DNA of 64,000 bases. Source: Abditibacterium sp. Its GTDB lineage: Bacteria; Armatimonadota; Abditibacteriia; Abditibacteriales; Abditibacteriaceae. The translations under genes were made by a program, and so were the position numbers. A model generated the notes under the pieces. That model saw nothing but the letters and a program-made list of their open reading frames with translations, was not told the origin of the DNA and did not search any database. The DNA lies in assembly GCA_965246885.1 (NCBI GenBank), contig OZ251992.1, positions 160,001 through 224,000 of the forward strand. Reading direction: 5' to 3'. How positions within the stretch are numbered: position 1 is the stretch's first letter; every line of letters begins with the position of its first letter. Positions 31,008 to 40,106 of this stretch are shown in pieces.

Positions 31008-33050
31008 TTATTTGGAGTTGCGCGCGGTGTTGAGTTGGTCAACCGCTTGGCGATAGAGCGCGGCGGCGCGCGTTTTGTAGACGTCCTGCCCGGTGTCGAG
31101 GAACGTCTGGTGAGCTTCGAGCGATTGGCCAAGGAGCGTCGCCGCGAACTGGCGCGCGGTGGCGGCGGTCGCCGAAAACCCGGCAGGCACACGGAGCGAA
31201 GTGATAGCCGCCTCAGCGTCGGTCATGTCGCTTTTGAGGCGGGCGAGTTGCAAAAACGCCGATTCGCGCGCAATCGAACCCGCCGCCACGCCCTCCGACA
31301 GTTGGCGGGCCGACTTGCCCAGACTAAAGACGTGCTCATCGAACCCCTCGACCAGCGCCGCGTAGGTAAGGGCATCCACCGAGGGCGTCGTGTTCGCCGT
31401 CAGCTTCCACAAGCGCGAATACGCCGCGAAGGTATCCTCCTTCCGGTCGCCGAGCGTTAGGAGCGCGGTCGCATATTGGCGCTGCAATTCCACGTCTTTG
31501 GGAAAAAGCGGCGCCAAGCGGTCGAGCGTCGAAACCGCCTCGCTCGTGCGCCCACTGACCAGAAGCGCGCGCGCCAGCAGACGGAGCGCGGCGGGGTTGT
31601 CGGGGGACAATTGGAGGGCGCGGTCTATGTGCGTTTGCGCTTCGGCCTCGGCATCTTCGGCGCGGTAAACCCGGTCGGCGCGGCGGAACAAGTCCGCGCG
31701 TCCGAACTGCGCCCGCGCGAGGGCAATGCGCAGATTCGCCGAGTCGCGGCCCAGCGCCAGCGCGCGACTCCCATTCTCAATGGCGCGCGGCCAATCGGGA
31801 ACCGGGGCGTTGGCATAGGCAATCGCCACCTTCTCGAAGGTCGCGCCATCCTTGCCGTTGATAGCGAGCGCCTTCTTATAGGCCGCCGATGCACCCGCCA
31901 AATCGGTGGGCGCGAGCAAGTCGCCGAGCAGGACGTAGGCGTCGGCGCGCGTTGGGTCGAGCGTCGTGGCGCGCGTGATTTCGTCCTGCGCGCGCGCCAA
32001 ATCACCCGCCGCCCCCGCCGCCCGCGCCTTCTCGATGTGGGCGTCCGCGAGCGTGCGGGGCGAGGCCGCGACTGGAACCCACGCAGCCAGCGTTTTGTCG
32101 AGTAGCGCCGCGCCCGTCGCGGCTCCGGTATCGCGCGCGGCGGCTTCGGTTGCGCCAGTTTCGCTCCATACGAGCGGCTCGCCGCTTTCGCGCGCGGCAT
32201 CGCCCAACACGGCGGCATAGGGCGAGGCGGTGCCGTCGAACGGCCCGACATAAAGCGCGACAACAGCCCGGTAGCCCGTCGCTTGGCCAACCGCGCTCGC
32301 CGCATCCGCCGCGCGATTGGTGGCCACTTGCAGCGACGCTTTGCGCAGCGCTTCGGGCAACTTGGTCGCGCTTTGCAAGGACTTCAGCGCATCCCGGAGC
32401 GCCACAAGCGTTCCCGGCAGGAGCCGCCCCTCGCCCAAAGCGCGCGCCAGCAGATTCCCATCGGGCGCGGTCGCTTGCACATTGGCGTAGCCCAAGTTAG
32501 TCAAGGCGCGCGCGAGGGGAACTGCCGCCAGCAACGCGCGCCCCGGCGGGGATGCGGGTCGCGGCGTAAAGAACGTCGGAGGGTCGAGTGCCGGGGTGGG
32601 CGCGCCGATGGGTGGCGCCGGTGCGACCGTCGGGGGGCCGCCCGTCACAAGCGGGAACTGCGAGGGGCCTTCGGGCACCTTGTCGAAGCGATGGTCGGGC
32701 TTCTTGGCTTTTTTGGCGAAGGCGCGCCACTCTGAGAATGGCCCCTCGAAGCGCGCGGGCGTAATCGCCGTGAGCGGCACATCGGGCGCAAGCGGAGCGG
32801 GAGTTCCCGGTGCGACGCCAGTGGCATTACCCGGAAACGCCGCGTCGGGCGCGTCGTCGAGGGCCACGATCAGCACGCTCACCCCGCGCGTCACGGGAGC
32901 AGTCGCGGCGGAGGGCAAAGGCGCGAGAGTTTGGGCATGACCGATGAGGGGCGTTCCAACAACCCCCAACAGCATCCCCATGCAGGCGCCGCGCCCAAAG
33001 CGGGCCGACAAACGGGGGGACAGAGGGCCTCGAAAAGTGGGAGTTCGCAT
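31008..33050 (-). CDS. Secreted TPR-repeat protein
   Basis: Signal peptide, Pro-rich linker, TPR-like helices (AYVLLGDLL...AYKKALAIN; ALQLSPDNPAALRLLARAL); start uncertain. Confidence 0.75.
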   Translation of the reverse strand: MRTPTFRGPLSPRLSARFGRGACMGMLLGVVGTPLIGHAQTLAPLPSAATAPVTRGVSVLIVALDDAPDAAFPGNATGVAPGTPAPLAPDVPLTAITPARFEGPFSEWRAFAKKAKKPDHRFDKVPEGPSQFPLVTGGPPTVAPAPPIGAPTPALDPPTFFTPRPASPPGRALLAAVPLARALTNLGYANVQATAPDGNLLARALGEGRLLPGTLVALRDALKSLQSATKLPEALRKASLQVATNRAADAASAVGQATGYRAVVALYVGPFDGTASPYAAVLGDAARESGEPLVWSETGATEAAARDTGAATGAALLDKTLAAWVPVAASPRTLADAHIEKARAAGAAGDLARAQDEITRATTLDPTRADAYVLLGDLLAPTDLAGASAAYKKALAINGKDGATFEKVAIAYANAPVPDWPRAIENGSRALALGRDSANLRIALARAQFGRADLFRRADRVYRAEDAEAEAQTHIDRALQLSPDNPAALRLLARALLVSGRTSEAVSTLDRLAPLFPKDVELQRQYATALLTLGDRKEDTFAAYSRLWKLTANTTPSVDALTYAALVEGFDEHVFSLGKSARQLSEGVAAGSIARESAFLQLARLKSDMTDAEAAITSLRVPAGFSATAATARQFAATLLGQSLEAHQTFLDTGQDVYKTRAAALYRQAVDQLNTARNSK

Positions 33051-33184
33051 CGCAGAAACAGGTGCCGCCGCCCCAGAAACAACTCTTCTGTACAGCGACC
33101 GATACCCGGAAGTTTGACACGCCCCCCGCCGCCCCGTTTTCGCCCGGTGTCAAAAATCATACGGCGGCGGACGCTTCGCCGCCA

Positions 33185-33302
33185 TCCGTCAGCAAATGAC
33201 ACACGTCTGGGAGCCGCCGACAGACGCGCGGCAATCGCCGACAGACGTCCGGCGATCATTCCCAGACGTCTGTCATTTGCTGACGGACGTCTGGGAATGA
33301 GT
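33185..33302. repeat. Five degenerate 21-bp tandem units with a nested 28-bp inverted repeat
   Basis: Units start at 33198, 33219, 33240, 33261, 33282 (GACAGACGTC core); 33185-33212 is the inverse of 33260-33287 at 27/28. Confidence 0.85.
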
Positions 33303-33321
33303 CGCCGGAGTCGGAATTTCG

Positions 33322-34713
33322 CTACGAGGCGCTTTCCGTCGCGTAGGCTTCTTCGCCGTGCAGCGACACGTCCAACCCGCGCTCTTCGGCTTCGTCGGTC
33401 GCGCGCAAGCCCATAACGGCCTTGAGGACGGAGCAGATAAGAAAGCTCATCACGAAGGTGTAGAGGGCAACAGCGCTCGTGCCGATGATTTGGTTCATAA
33501 AGGCGCCAAAGCCACCTTCCAATAAACCGGGCAGGGCGAGCGAGTTGATGCCTGCGACTTTGAGGGCGCCAATGGAAAACACGCCGGTCAAAACGGCGCC
33601 GGTGAAGCCGCCCACGCCGTGCACCGCGAAAGCGTCGAGGGAGTCGTCCACCTTGCCACGCGCGCGTAGCTGAGCCGAAAAGTAGCACACGGCGGAAGTG
33701 ATGACGCCCACGAAGATGGCGCCCATTGGCGACACGAAGCCGCAAGCGGGCGTGATGCCGACCAAACCGGCGACGGCGCCCGTGCCCGCGCCCAAGGCCG
33801 TCATTTCTTTGCGGGTGATTTGGTCGAGCATCATCCACGCCAGCATCGCCGCCGCCGCGCCCAACTGGGTGTTGACAAACGCCGCCACCGCGAGGCTCCC
33901 CGACGCCACCGAAGACCCTGCGTTAAAGCCGAACCAGCCGAACCACAAGAGGCCAACGCCCAAAAGACAGAGCGGCAGGGAGTGCGGCAGCATCGGGCGC
34001 TTGCCGTAGCCCCGGCGCGGCCCCATCACCATGCACGCCGCGAGCGCGGCAAAGCCCGCGTTGACATGCACGACGGCGCCTCCAGCGAAGTCCATGACGC
34101 CCATTTTGCCCAGCCACCCGCCGCCCCACACCCAGTGAGCGACGGGGCAATAAACCAGCAACCCCCAAAGCAGCATGAACCACAAAAAGGTGGAGAACTT
34201 CATGCGCTCGACCAAGGAGCCGGAGATAAGCGCCGGGGTGATGATGAAAAACATCCCTTGGTAGATGGCGTAGAGTTGGTGCGGGATGGTGGGGGCGAGG
34301 GGACTGGCATCCGAAAGGCCGACGCCCTTGAAAAAGGCGTATTCGAGGCCGCCAAAGACGTTGTGGATGCCGTCACTCCCGCCGCCAAAAGCGAGCGAGT
34401 AGCCGATAACCGCCCACGCGACGCCCAACACGGCCATCGCGCCAAAGGACATCATGATGGTGTTGAGCACGTTCTTGCCGCGCACCAAGCCACCGTAAAA
34501 GAAGGCCAAACCGGGCGTCATCAGGAGCACCAAGGCCGAGGAAACGAGCATCCACGCGGTGTCGCCGGTGTTTAGCTCGAACTTTGGGGGCGCGGCGCTT
34601 TGGGCACACGCCACGTGGGGCAAGAGGGCGCCCGCGATGGCGAGCAGGGCGAACAAGGCAGGCGGTGACACGACCGCGCGCGGCAGGAAAGAACGGGTTG
34701 TCTGTTGGTTCAC
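33322..34713 (-). CDS. amtB: Ammonium transporter
   Basis: GDTAWMLVSSALVLLMTPGLAFFYGG, DFAGGAVVH, LWFGWFGFNAGS, GLVGITP, DDSLDAFAVHG, GLDVSLHGE. Confidence 0.97.
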   Translation of the reverse strand: MNQQTTRSFLPRAVVSPPALFALLAIAGALLPHVACAQSAAPPKFELNTGDTAWMLVSSALVLLMTPGLAFFYGGLVRGKNVLNTIMMSFGAMAVLGVAWAVIGYSLAFGGGSDGIHNVFGGLEYAFFKGVGLSDASPLAPTIPHQLYAIYQGMFFIITPALISGSLVERMKFSTFLWFMLLWGLLVYCPVAHWVWGGGWLGKMGVMDFAGGAVVHVNAGFAALAACMVMGPRRGYGKRPMLPHSLPLCLLGVGLLWFGWFGFNAGSSVASGSLAVAAFVNTQLGAAAAMLAWMMLDQITRKEMTALGAGTGAVAGLVGITPACGFVSPMGAIFVGVITSAVCYFSAQLRARGKVDDSLDAFAVHGVGGFTGAVLTGVFSIGALKVAGINSLALPGLLEGGFGAFMNQIIGTSAVALYTFVMSFLICSVLKAVMGLRATDEAEERGLDVSLHGEEAYATESAS

Positions 34714-34727
34714 GAAAGCTCCAAAAA

Positions 34728-34828
34728 GGAACCGGAGCAGGGCGGCAGAAGGCGGCGCCCACCCGAAGGATGCGCCGCCGTTGCCGACCGAAATAGCATG
34801 TTCCGGCTCAAAAAGTCGCCTTGATTAT
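34728..34828 (-). promoter_or_regulatory. amtB -10 box and structured 5' leader
   Basis: TATAAT at 34828-34823; long stem capped by C-TTCG-G and enclosed by GAGCCGGA/TCCGGTTC. Confidence 0.45.
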
Positions 34829-34934
34829 AAGCGCTCGCTGTTGCCTCTCGCTTTCTCGCCGGTTAAATCCATGTTTCGTGCGGCGTCTTTTGCGGGTTTC
34901 GCGTTTCTGGAATTGTGCCCATCCACGCCGGTTT

Positions 34935-36584
34935 TCACGGTTTCGGCGCCAGTAAAAGCACCGTTGAGCCGCCTCGCGCCGCGACCTGCCAACCCGTGCG
35001 CTTCAGTTCCCTCACCAAGGGCGCCCCCGTTTCCACGTCCAGCAGCGCCTGCCCAAAGCCGCGCCGTGTTAGTTCGTCGCCCGCGCCGCGCGGCCCATCC
35101 GATAGGCTCCGGTAATCTTCCCAAAACGGCGCTGGGAACAGTTCGATGCGCGGGTCGCACAGGGGAATGACGACTGGCGCGCGCCCATTGGCGGGCCGCG
35201 TCGCCCACGTCAAGTAGGAGCCGCATACCATGTCCGTCCACACGCGCCCGAGCGCCGCGTCTGGGTGCGCGCGCCACCACTCGACTGCGCGCACCGGCGT
35301 CGTCCGCTCCAAGAGGAGACCCGGATCGCCGGGAAACGCGCCCTGCGGCGTCGGCGCGAAGCGGCTTGTGAAGGCAGCGGGCCAAGGAATCGACGTTTTC
35401 CACGCGGGCGCAAACGCGAGCGGCGCCGCGCACAGCAGCACGAGGAGCGCACCGTTAATCAGTTGCGCCGCGCGCGGCACGACCTGCGGTTTGGAAACCG
35501 GCACGAGGCGCGCGAGCAGAAGTGAGGCGAGGGGCGCCCCGAACAGGGCGAACCAGATCATCGCCCGTTGGTCGCGCGCACCCATTACGAAAGTCAGGCC
35601 AAGCGGCGCCAGCCACGCCCACCACGCGCGGGGCGCTTTGGCCGCACGCCAGAGCGCCGTCAGCAGTAGCGGCGACAACCAGAACAGGATGGAGTGCCAC
35701 TCATCGAAGCCGGGAGAGCGCCACTCTTGGATATATTTCTGGGAAATCGGGTCGTTGGAAAGCCGCGCGAGATACGCATACAGCGCCCATCCGTGCGGGT
35801 TCATCAAGGTCGCGGTCACGACCGCGACCAGTGTAACCGCGTACGGCTTGAGCGTCACCCTGTCCTCCCACACCCGCGCCGCACCGAGCGCCAGCAACGA
35901 CGCGGGCGCGAGGATGAAGGCGCCGTGCGTGTTTGCCCACAACGCGGCGACGGCGCACAGCCCCGCGCCAAGGGGGAGGGACGGCGCCCGCCAAAACGCG
36001 AGCAAAAGGGCCACCCATGCCGCACAAAGCAGCACCGAGAACATTTGTGGGCGCAAGTCCACGTTGTTGGAAGCGAGCAAAAACGCCCACAGCGCGCCCG
36101 CGCACCCCGCCCGCGATGCGGCCCCAAGTGCGATGCCCTCGCGCTTGGCCCATGCCCACGTCGCTCCCATCAAGACCCCAAAGGCCCCCGTCAAGCAGAG
36201 CGCGCGCAGCCATTGCAAGCCGCTTAGCCCCCAGCGCGACAACGTTTGGAACAGCCCCCCCTCGGCCAGCCACGACTGGTAAAAGAACGGCGCATCCAAC
36301 GGCACGCCAGAGGACATCGCGTTGGTGGTCGGCACCCGCCCACCCTGAAACAGCATCTCCCCGGCGCGAACGTGATACCATAGGTCGTTGGGCGCGAGCG
36401 GCTGTAACAGGGCGTAGACAAGCGCGCAGAGCGGCACGAACAGGAACCACAGCGTCTCGATCCGCGCCCAAAACGGGAGCGGAAGTGGGGCGACGGGCGC
36501 GGGGGGCGAAGTGGAAGTCACACCCCCGTTTTGCGAAGCTATTGCCTTTAATCCTGCGCGCGGCGGGCGGTTTATGGGACTCAT
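34935..36584 (-). CDS. Polytopic membrane protein, putative GT-C fold glycosyltransferase
   Basis: NDLWYHVRAG, WLAE, RPQMFS, LWANTHGAF, NPHG, IQEW, DPRIELF; about 11 TM segments. Confidence 0.6.
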   Translation of the reverse strand: MSPINRPPRAGLKAIASQNGGVTSTSPPAPVAPLPLPFWARIETLWFLFVPLCALVYALLQPLAPNDLWYHVRAGEMLFQGGRVPTTNAMSSGVPLDAPFFYQSWLAEGGLFQTLSRWGLSGLQWLRALCLTGAFGVLMGATWAWAKREGIALGAASRAGCAGALWAFLLASNNVDLRPQMFSVLLCAAWVALLLAFWRAPSLPLGAGLCAVAALWANTHGAFILAPASLLALGAARVWEDRVTLKPYAVTLVAVVTATLMNPHGWALYAYLARLSNDPISQKYIQEWRSPGFDEWHSILFWLSPLLLTALWRAAKAPRAWWAWLAPLGLTFVMGARDQRAMIWFALFGAPLASLLLARLVPVSKPQVVPRAAQLINGALLVLLCAAPLAFAPAWKTSIPWPAAFTSRFAPTPQGAFPGDPGLLLERTTPVRAVEWWRAHPDAALGRVWTDMVCGSYLTWATRPANGRAPVVIPLCDPRIELFPAPFWEDYRSLSDGPRGAGDELTRRGFGQALLDVETGAPLVRELKRTGWQVAARGGSTVLLLAPKP

Positions 36585-36678
36585 TGGCGATTTGCACCCG
36601 CCAAAGTTGGACGGGGCGCGCGACTTTGGCGCCCGAAGGGGCTTCTAAGGGGCGCGGAACTTCGTCGCTCACCCCATT

Positions 36679-38385
36679 ATGCCCCGTTCCTCTTTGTGGA
36701 TTGGCCCGCTTCTCCTCGCGCTTCCCGTCGTCGCGCGCGGGGATGACGCGCCCACGTTTTGGCGCGAGAACACCCTCGCCGCTCCATCCCTTCCTTCAGG
36801 GACACACACACCCGTCTCGCGCGCGCAGTTTTTTGGCGCGGCGGCGGAGCAAATCTCCTTTGTGGGGGCTTTAAAAGAGTGGCGCGAAACGCTACGAGGG
36901 CAAGGGCCGAGGGCGCGCCGCGAACTCTGGCACACCGACGCGGGCGGACATCTCGCCCTCGCGTTGGGGCGAGTGAACGTGCCCGCCATTGCGGGGCTTG
37001 GCGCGCCATCGGGAACGGCGCTGTCATGGAGCGGGAAGGGTGGCGCCTCCTTGGAAGCGGGCACCTCGGCGCGGCCCGTCGCGCTCGACGAGGCGTTGCA
37101 ACACTTCGACAGCCAAACAGATGGCGACGGCAAAACTCCGTCCGCGCCGCTTGAGCGCGCCAGTCTGACGTGGCTACGCGCGCGGCCCGTCGCGGGCAAA
37201 GCGGGCGAAGTCGAGGCCACGCTGTTGCGCGCCATCCGAAGCGATGCGGGCGCGGCGCGCGGCGGGGACTTCGAGAACGTCGCGGCGAGGATGGCCCTGC
37301 CCGCGCGGTGGTCGTTGCGCGGCAGTTGGACGAACGCGCAACTGGACGGTCACGACGCCGCGACCAGTTGGAACACCGCCGCCAGTGGCCCGCTGTCCCA
37401 TCCTTTCGGCGAGGCGTCGGTCGCCCTTGCGGTGCGGGCGACCGACGCGGGCTTTGCGACGCTCACCAGTCAAAACGGGCGCGGCGAGCGCGCCGGGGAC
37501 GCGCAAATCACCCAAGGTGTACAGATTGGCGCGGTGTCGGGCAGTCTCGCTGCGACCGCGTCGTCGCGCACCGTCGCCGACGCGACGGGCGCCGCAAGTG
37601 GAACCGAATTGGCCCGCGACGCGGCGACGGCGGGCGCTGACTTGAAGGTGCAACTCGCGCCCGCGCTCGCGCTCAAAGCCAGCGCGAGCGCGTCCAACAC
37701 CCAAACCGCGCGCGCGCCGGACAACCCGACTGCACCCGCGCGCGAAACGCTCACTGGCGCGGGCGGCGATGTGGGTCTTGAAGTCAAAGTTTCCAAGGCG
37801 TTATCGCTCGAAGTGGGCGGCGGATTGAGCGGGGAGGCGCGCACCTTCGGCGTGGGCCACGCCATCCCCACGACGGAAAGCCGCGCCACTATGCGTCTGC
37901 GCCACCACAGCAGCGCCGGTTCGTGGTCGGCCAGTTTGCAAGCCCGCGACCGCGACGAGGGCACAACGGCTGCGCCTTGGACGCACATCGCGGACGTGGG
38001 GTTGGAAAGTGAGCGCCACTTGGTGGGCGGCCTGCGTGTCCGTGCAAAGCTGAATTATCTCCTCGACCGCGCCGTGTGGGGTGCGGGCAACACCGGCGCC
38101 GGAAGCGCCGCGCGCTTGGCCGAAGCGCAATTCTCGTTGACCCGCGCCGCGCGCCTCGACGTGCGCTACCGCGACGGCGCCGCTCTGCCCACCGCGTTGC
38201 AAAGCGACCCGTTAGGCGCTTTGTTCTCTTCGTCATTCGTGACGGGCGGGCACGAACTCGCCACGCGCTGCGCTCTGGGCGCCGCCGCGAGCGGGGGCAA
38301 CGGCTTCGGCATGGCGCTGGAATGGGCGCGCACCGGCGCCGCTTCCGCGACCGACACTTGGAAAATCGGCCTCACGTATCGCTGA
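36679..38385 (+). CDS. Secreted protein, candidate outer-membrane beta-barrel
   Basis: Signal peptide, alternating beta-strand patterns, C-terminal WKIGLTYR. Confidence 0.55.
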   Translation: MPRSSLWIGPLLLALPVVARGDDAPTFWRENTLAAPSLPSGTHTPVSRAQFFGAAAEQISFVGALKEWRETLRGQGPRARRELWHTDAGGHLALALGRVNVPAIAGLGAPSGTALSWSGKGGASLEAGTSARPVALDEALQHFDSQTDGDGKTPSAPLERASLTWLRARPVAGKAGEVEATLLRAIRSDAGAARGGDFENVAARMALPARWSLRGSWTNAQLDGHDAATSWNTAASGPLSHPFGEASVALAVRATDAGFATLTSQNGRGERAGDAQITQGVQIGAVSGSLAATASSRTVADATGAASGTELARDAATAGADLKVQLAPALALKASASASNTQTARAPDNPTAPARETLTGAGGDVGLEVKVSKALSLEVGGGLSGEARTFGVGHAIPTTESRATMRLRHHSSAGSWSASLQARDRDEGTTAAPWTHIADVGLESERHLVGGLRVRAKLNYLLDRAVWGAGNTGAGSAARLAEAQFSLTRAARLDVRYRDGAALPTALQSDPLGALFSSSFVTGGHELATRCALGAAASGGNGFGMALEWARTGAASATDTWKIGLTYR

Positions 38386-38476
38386 GCCGGAGCGGGTTAT
38401 CCGTGCCCCGTCGCTGCGCCGCGCTACAGTTGCGAGTCGGCGCCGAAAGCGCCCGCGTCCGGCGCGGCGCTTGGAA

Positions 38477-38806
38477 CTGACGTTTGGGAAGCGGCGAAAG
38501 CGGGTTGATAGGCGCGTCCAGCACCTCGTTTCGGTGCCGCAAAAAGCCTGTTCTCACGAGTGCCACGAACCCCACCGCTTGCACCGGCACGAAGACCAGT
38601 CCGGGAATGAACACGCCGCCGCTTCCGCTTTGCAGCGCCGTGACGCCGCCGAACAGCAGTATCGCGCCGATGTCGTCTGTCACCGCCGCGCCCAGGATCA
38701 TCCGCGCCGTTATGTTCGCGCTCGTCGCCACAAACTCCGCCGCGAACACCCAGAACAACGCTTGTAAAAGCTCGCCCTCGTGCCCAATGTCCCCTCCCGC
38801 GCCCAA
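38477..38806 (-). pseudogene. Degraded cation:proton antiporter (CPA2) remnant
   Basis: FVATSANITARM, ILGAAVTDDIGAILL and VQAVGFVALV match CPA2 TM4-6 motifs, but intervening segments are missing and the frame then decays. Confidence 0.55.
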
Positions 38807-38888
38807 TGCGGGCGCCAGTGAAACCGGTGGAGCATTGGCGAGCCACTTTCACGCCCCCGGCGCAGTCCAAACTCGCTTCTTCTCGTTC

Positions 38889-40106
38889 ATGGCTGCCTCC
38901 ACCTGCCCGTTGGCCCCCCTTCGCATCGCGCGCGTTTCGACGCGGCCTGCCGTTGGTGGCGCGGCGGCGCATGTCGCGCTCCTCGTCAAGCACTTTGCCG
39001 CGCCCGATTACCCGACGCTGTTCCTGTCGGGATTGTCCGATGCGCACGAGGGCGACTTTTATGCTCTACGCGCGCCCCATGAACGGCGCCCCATGCGTGT
39101 CCATTCGCTGCGCCGCGAACCCAGTTTGGGCCGCGATGCGCGCGCCCTGCGCGACTTGGTGCGCCATTTCCGCGCGTTCCGACCCGATCTGGTGGACACG
39201 CACCTGTCCAAAGCCGGGATATTGGGCCGCTTGGCGGCGCGCATCGCCGGTGTGCCGCGCTCCATGCACACTTTCCACGTCAACATCTTCGACGGCTACG
39301 CGTGGAACAGCCCGCAACGCGCCTTGTATCTTAAGTTGGAGCGCTACTGCGCACGCGGCACCGACCGGCTCATTTGCCTATCCGACGAACTGGGCGCGGA
39401 GATGGTGGCGCTGGGCATCGGGCACGCGGGGCAGTGGCGCACCATCCGTTTGGGCTTGGAATTAGACGCGTTCGACGCCTCCCCCGCTCAGCGCGAACTC
39501 GAACGGGCCGCGCTGCGCACCGAATTAGGCGTGCCGACGGGCACCCCACTCGTGGGAGTCGTCGCGCGGCTCGCGCCGGTCAAGGGCGTGCGCTGGTTGC
39601 TCGACGCCATCCCCGCCGTGCTGAAAAGCGCGCCAGCCGCGCACTTCGTCGTAGCGGGCGACGGCCCCTCCCGTGCCCGTTTGGAAGCGCACACGCGCGA
39701 GATGGGCGTGGGCGCGCGCGTTCACTTTCTGGGCATGCGCGCCGATGTCGCCGCGCTGTATCGCGCGTTCGACTGCCTCGTTCTACCTTCCCTTCAAGAG
39801 GGCACGCCCGTCTCGCTCATCGAAGCCTTGGCCGCGCAAACACCCGTTGTGGCGAGTGACGTGGGCGGCGTGTCGCTCCTCGTCCACCACGAAGCGACCG
39901 GGTTGCTCACCCCACCGCGCGACGCGGCGGCGTTGGCGAGTGCCATCACGCGCGCCTTGCACGACCAAGGCGCGGCGCAGGCGTGGGGACGCAACGGGCG
40001 GGACTTGGTGCGCCGCGAGTGGAGCGCCGCGCGCTTGGTAGAAGAGCACCGCGCGCTGTACGCCGAGTTAGCGTTCCTTCACCCCGTCAGCAGCGCGAGG
40101 GAGTAA
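38889..40106 (+). CDS. Glycosyltransferase family 4
   Basis: THLSKAGILGRLAA, HTFH, ARLAPVKG, LPSLQEGTPVSLIEAL, SDVGG. Confidence 0.9.
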   Translation: MAASTCPLAPLRIARVSTRPAVGGAAAHVALLVKHFAAPDYPTLFLSGLSDAHEGDFYALRAPHERRPMRVHSLRREPSLGRDARALRDLVRHFRAFRPDLVDTHLSKAGILGRLAARIAGVPRSMHTFHVNIFDGYAWNSPQRALYLKLERYCARGTDRLICLSDELGAEMVALGIGHAGQWRTIRLGLELDAFDASPAQRELERAALRTELGVPTGTPLVGVVARLAPVKGVRWLLDAIPAVLKSAPAAHFVVAGDGPSRARLEAHTREMGVGARVHFLGMRADVAALYRAFDCLVLPSLQEGTPVSLIEALAAQTPVVASDVGGVSLLVHHEATGLLTPPRDAAALASAITRALHDQGAAQAWGRNGRDLVRREWSAARLVEEHRALYAELAFLHPVSSARE

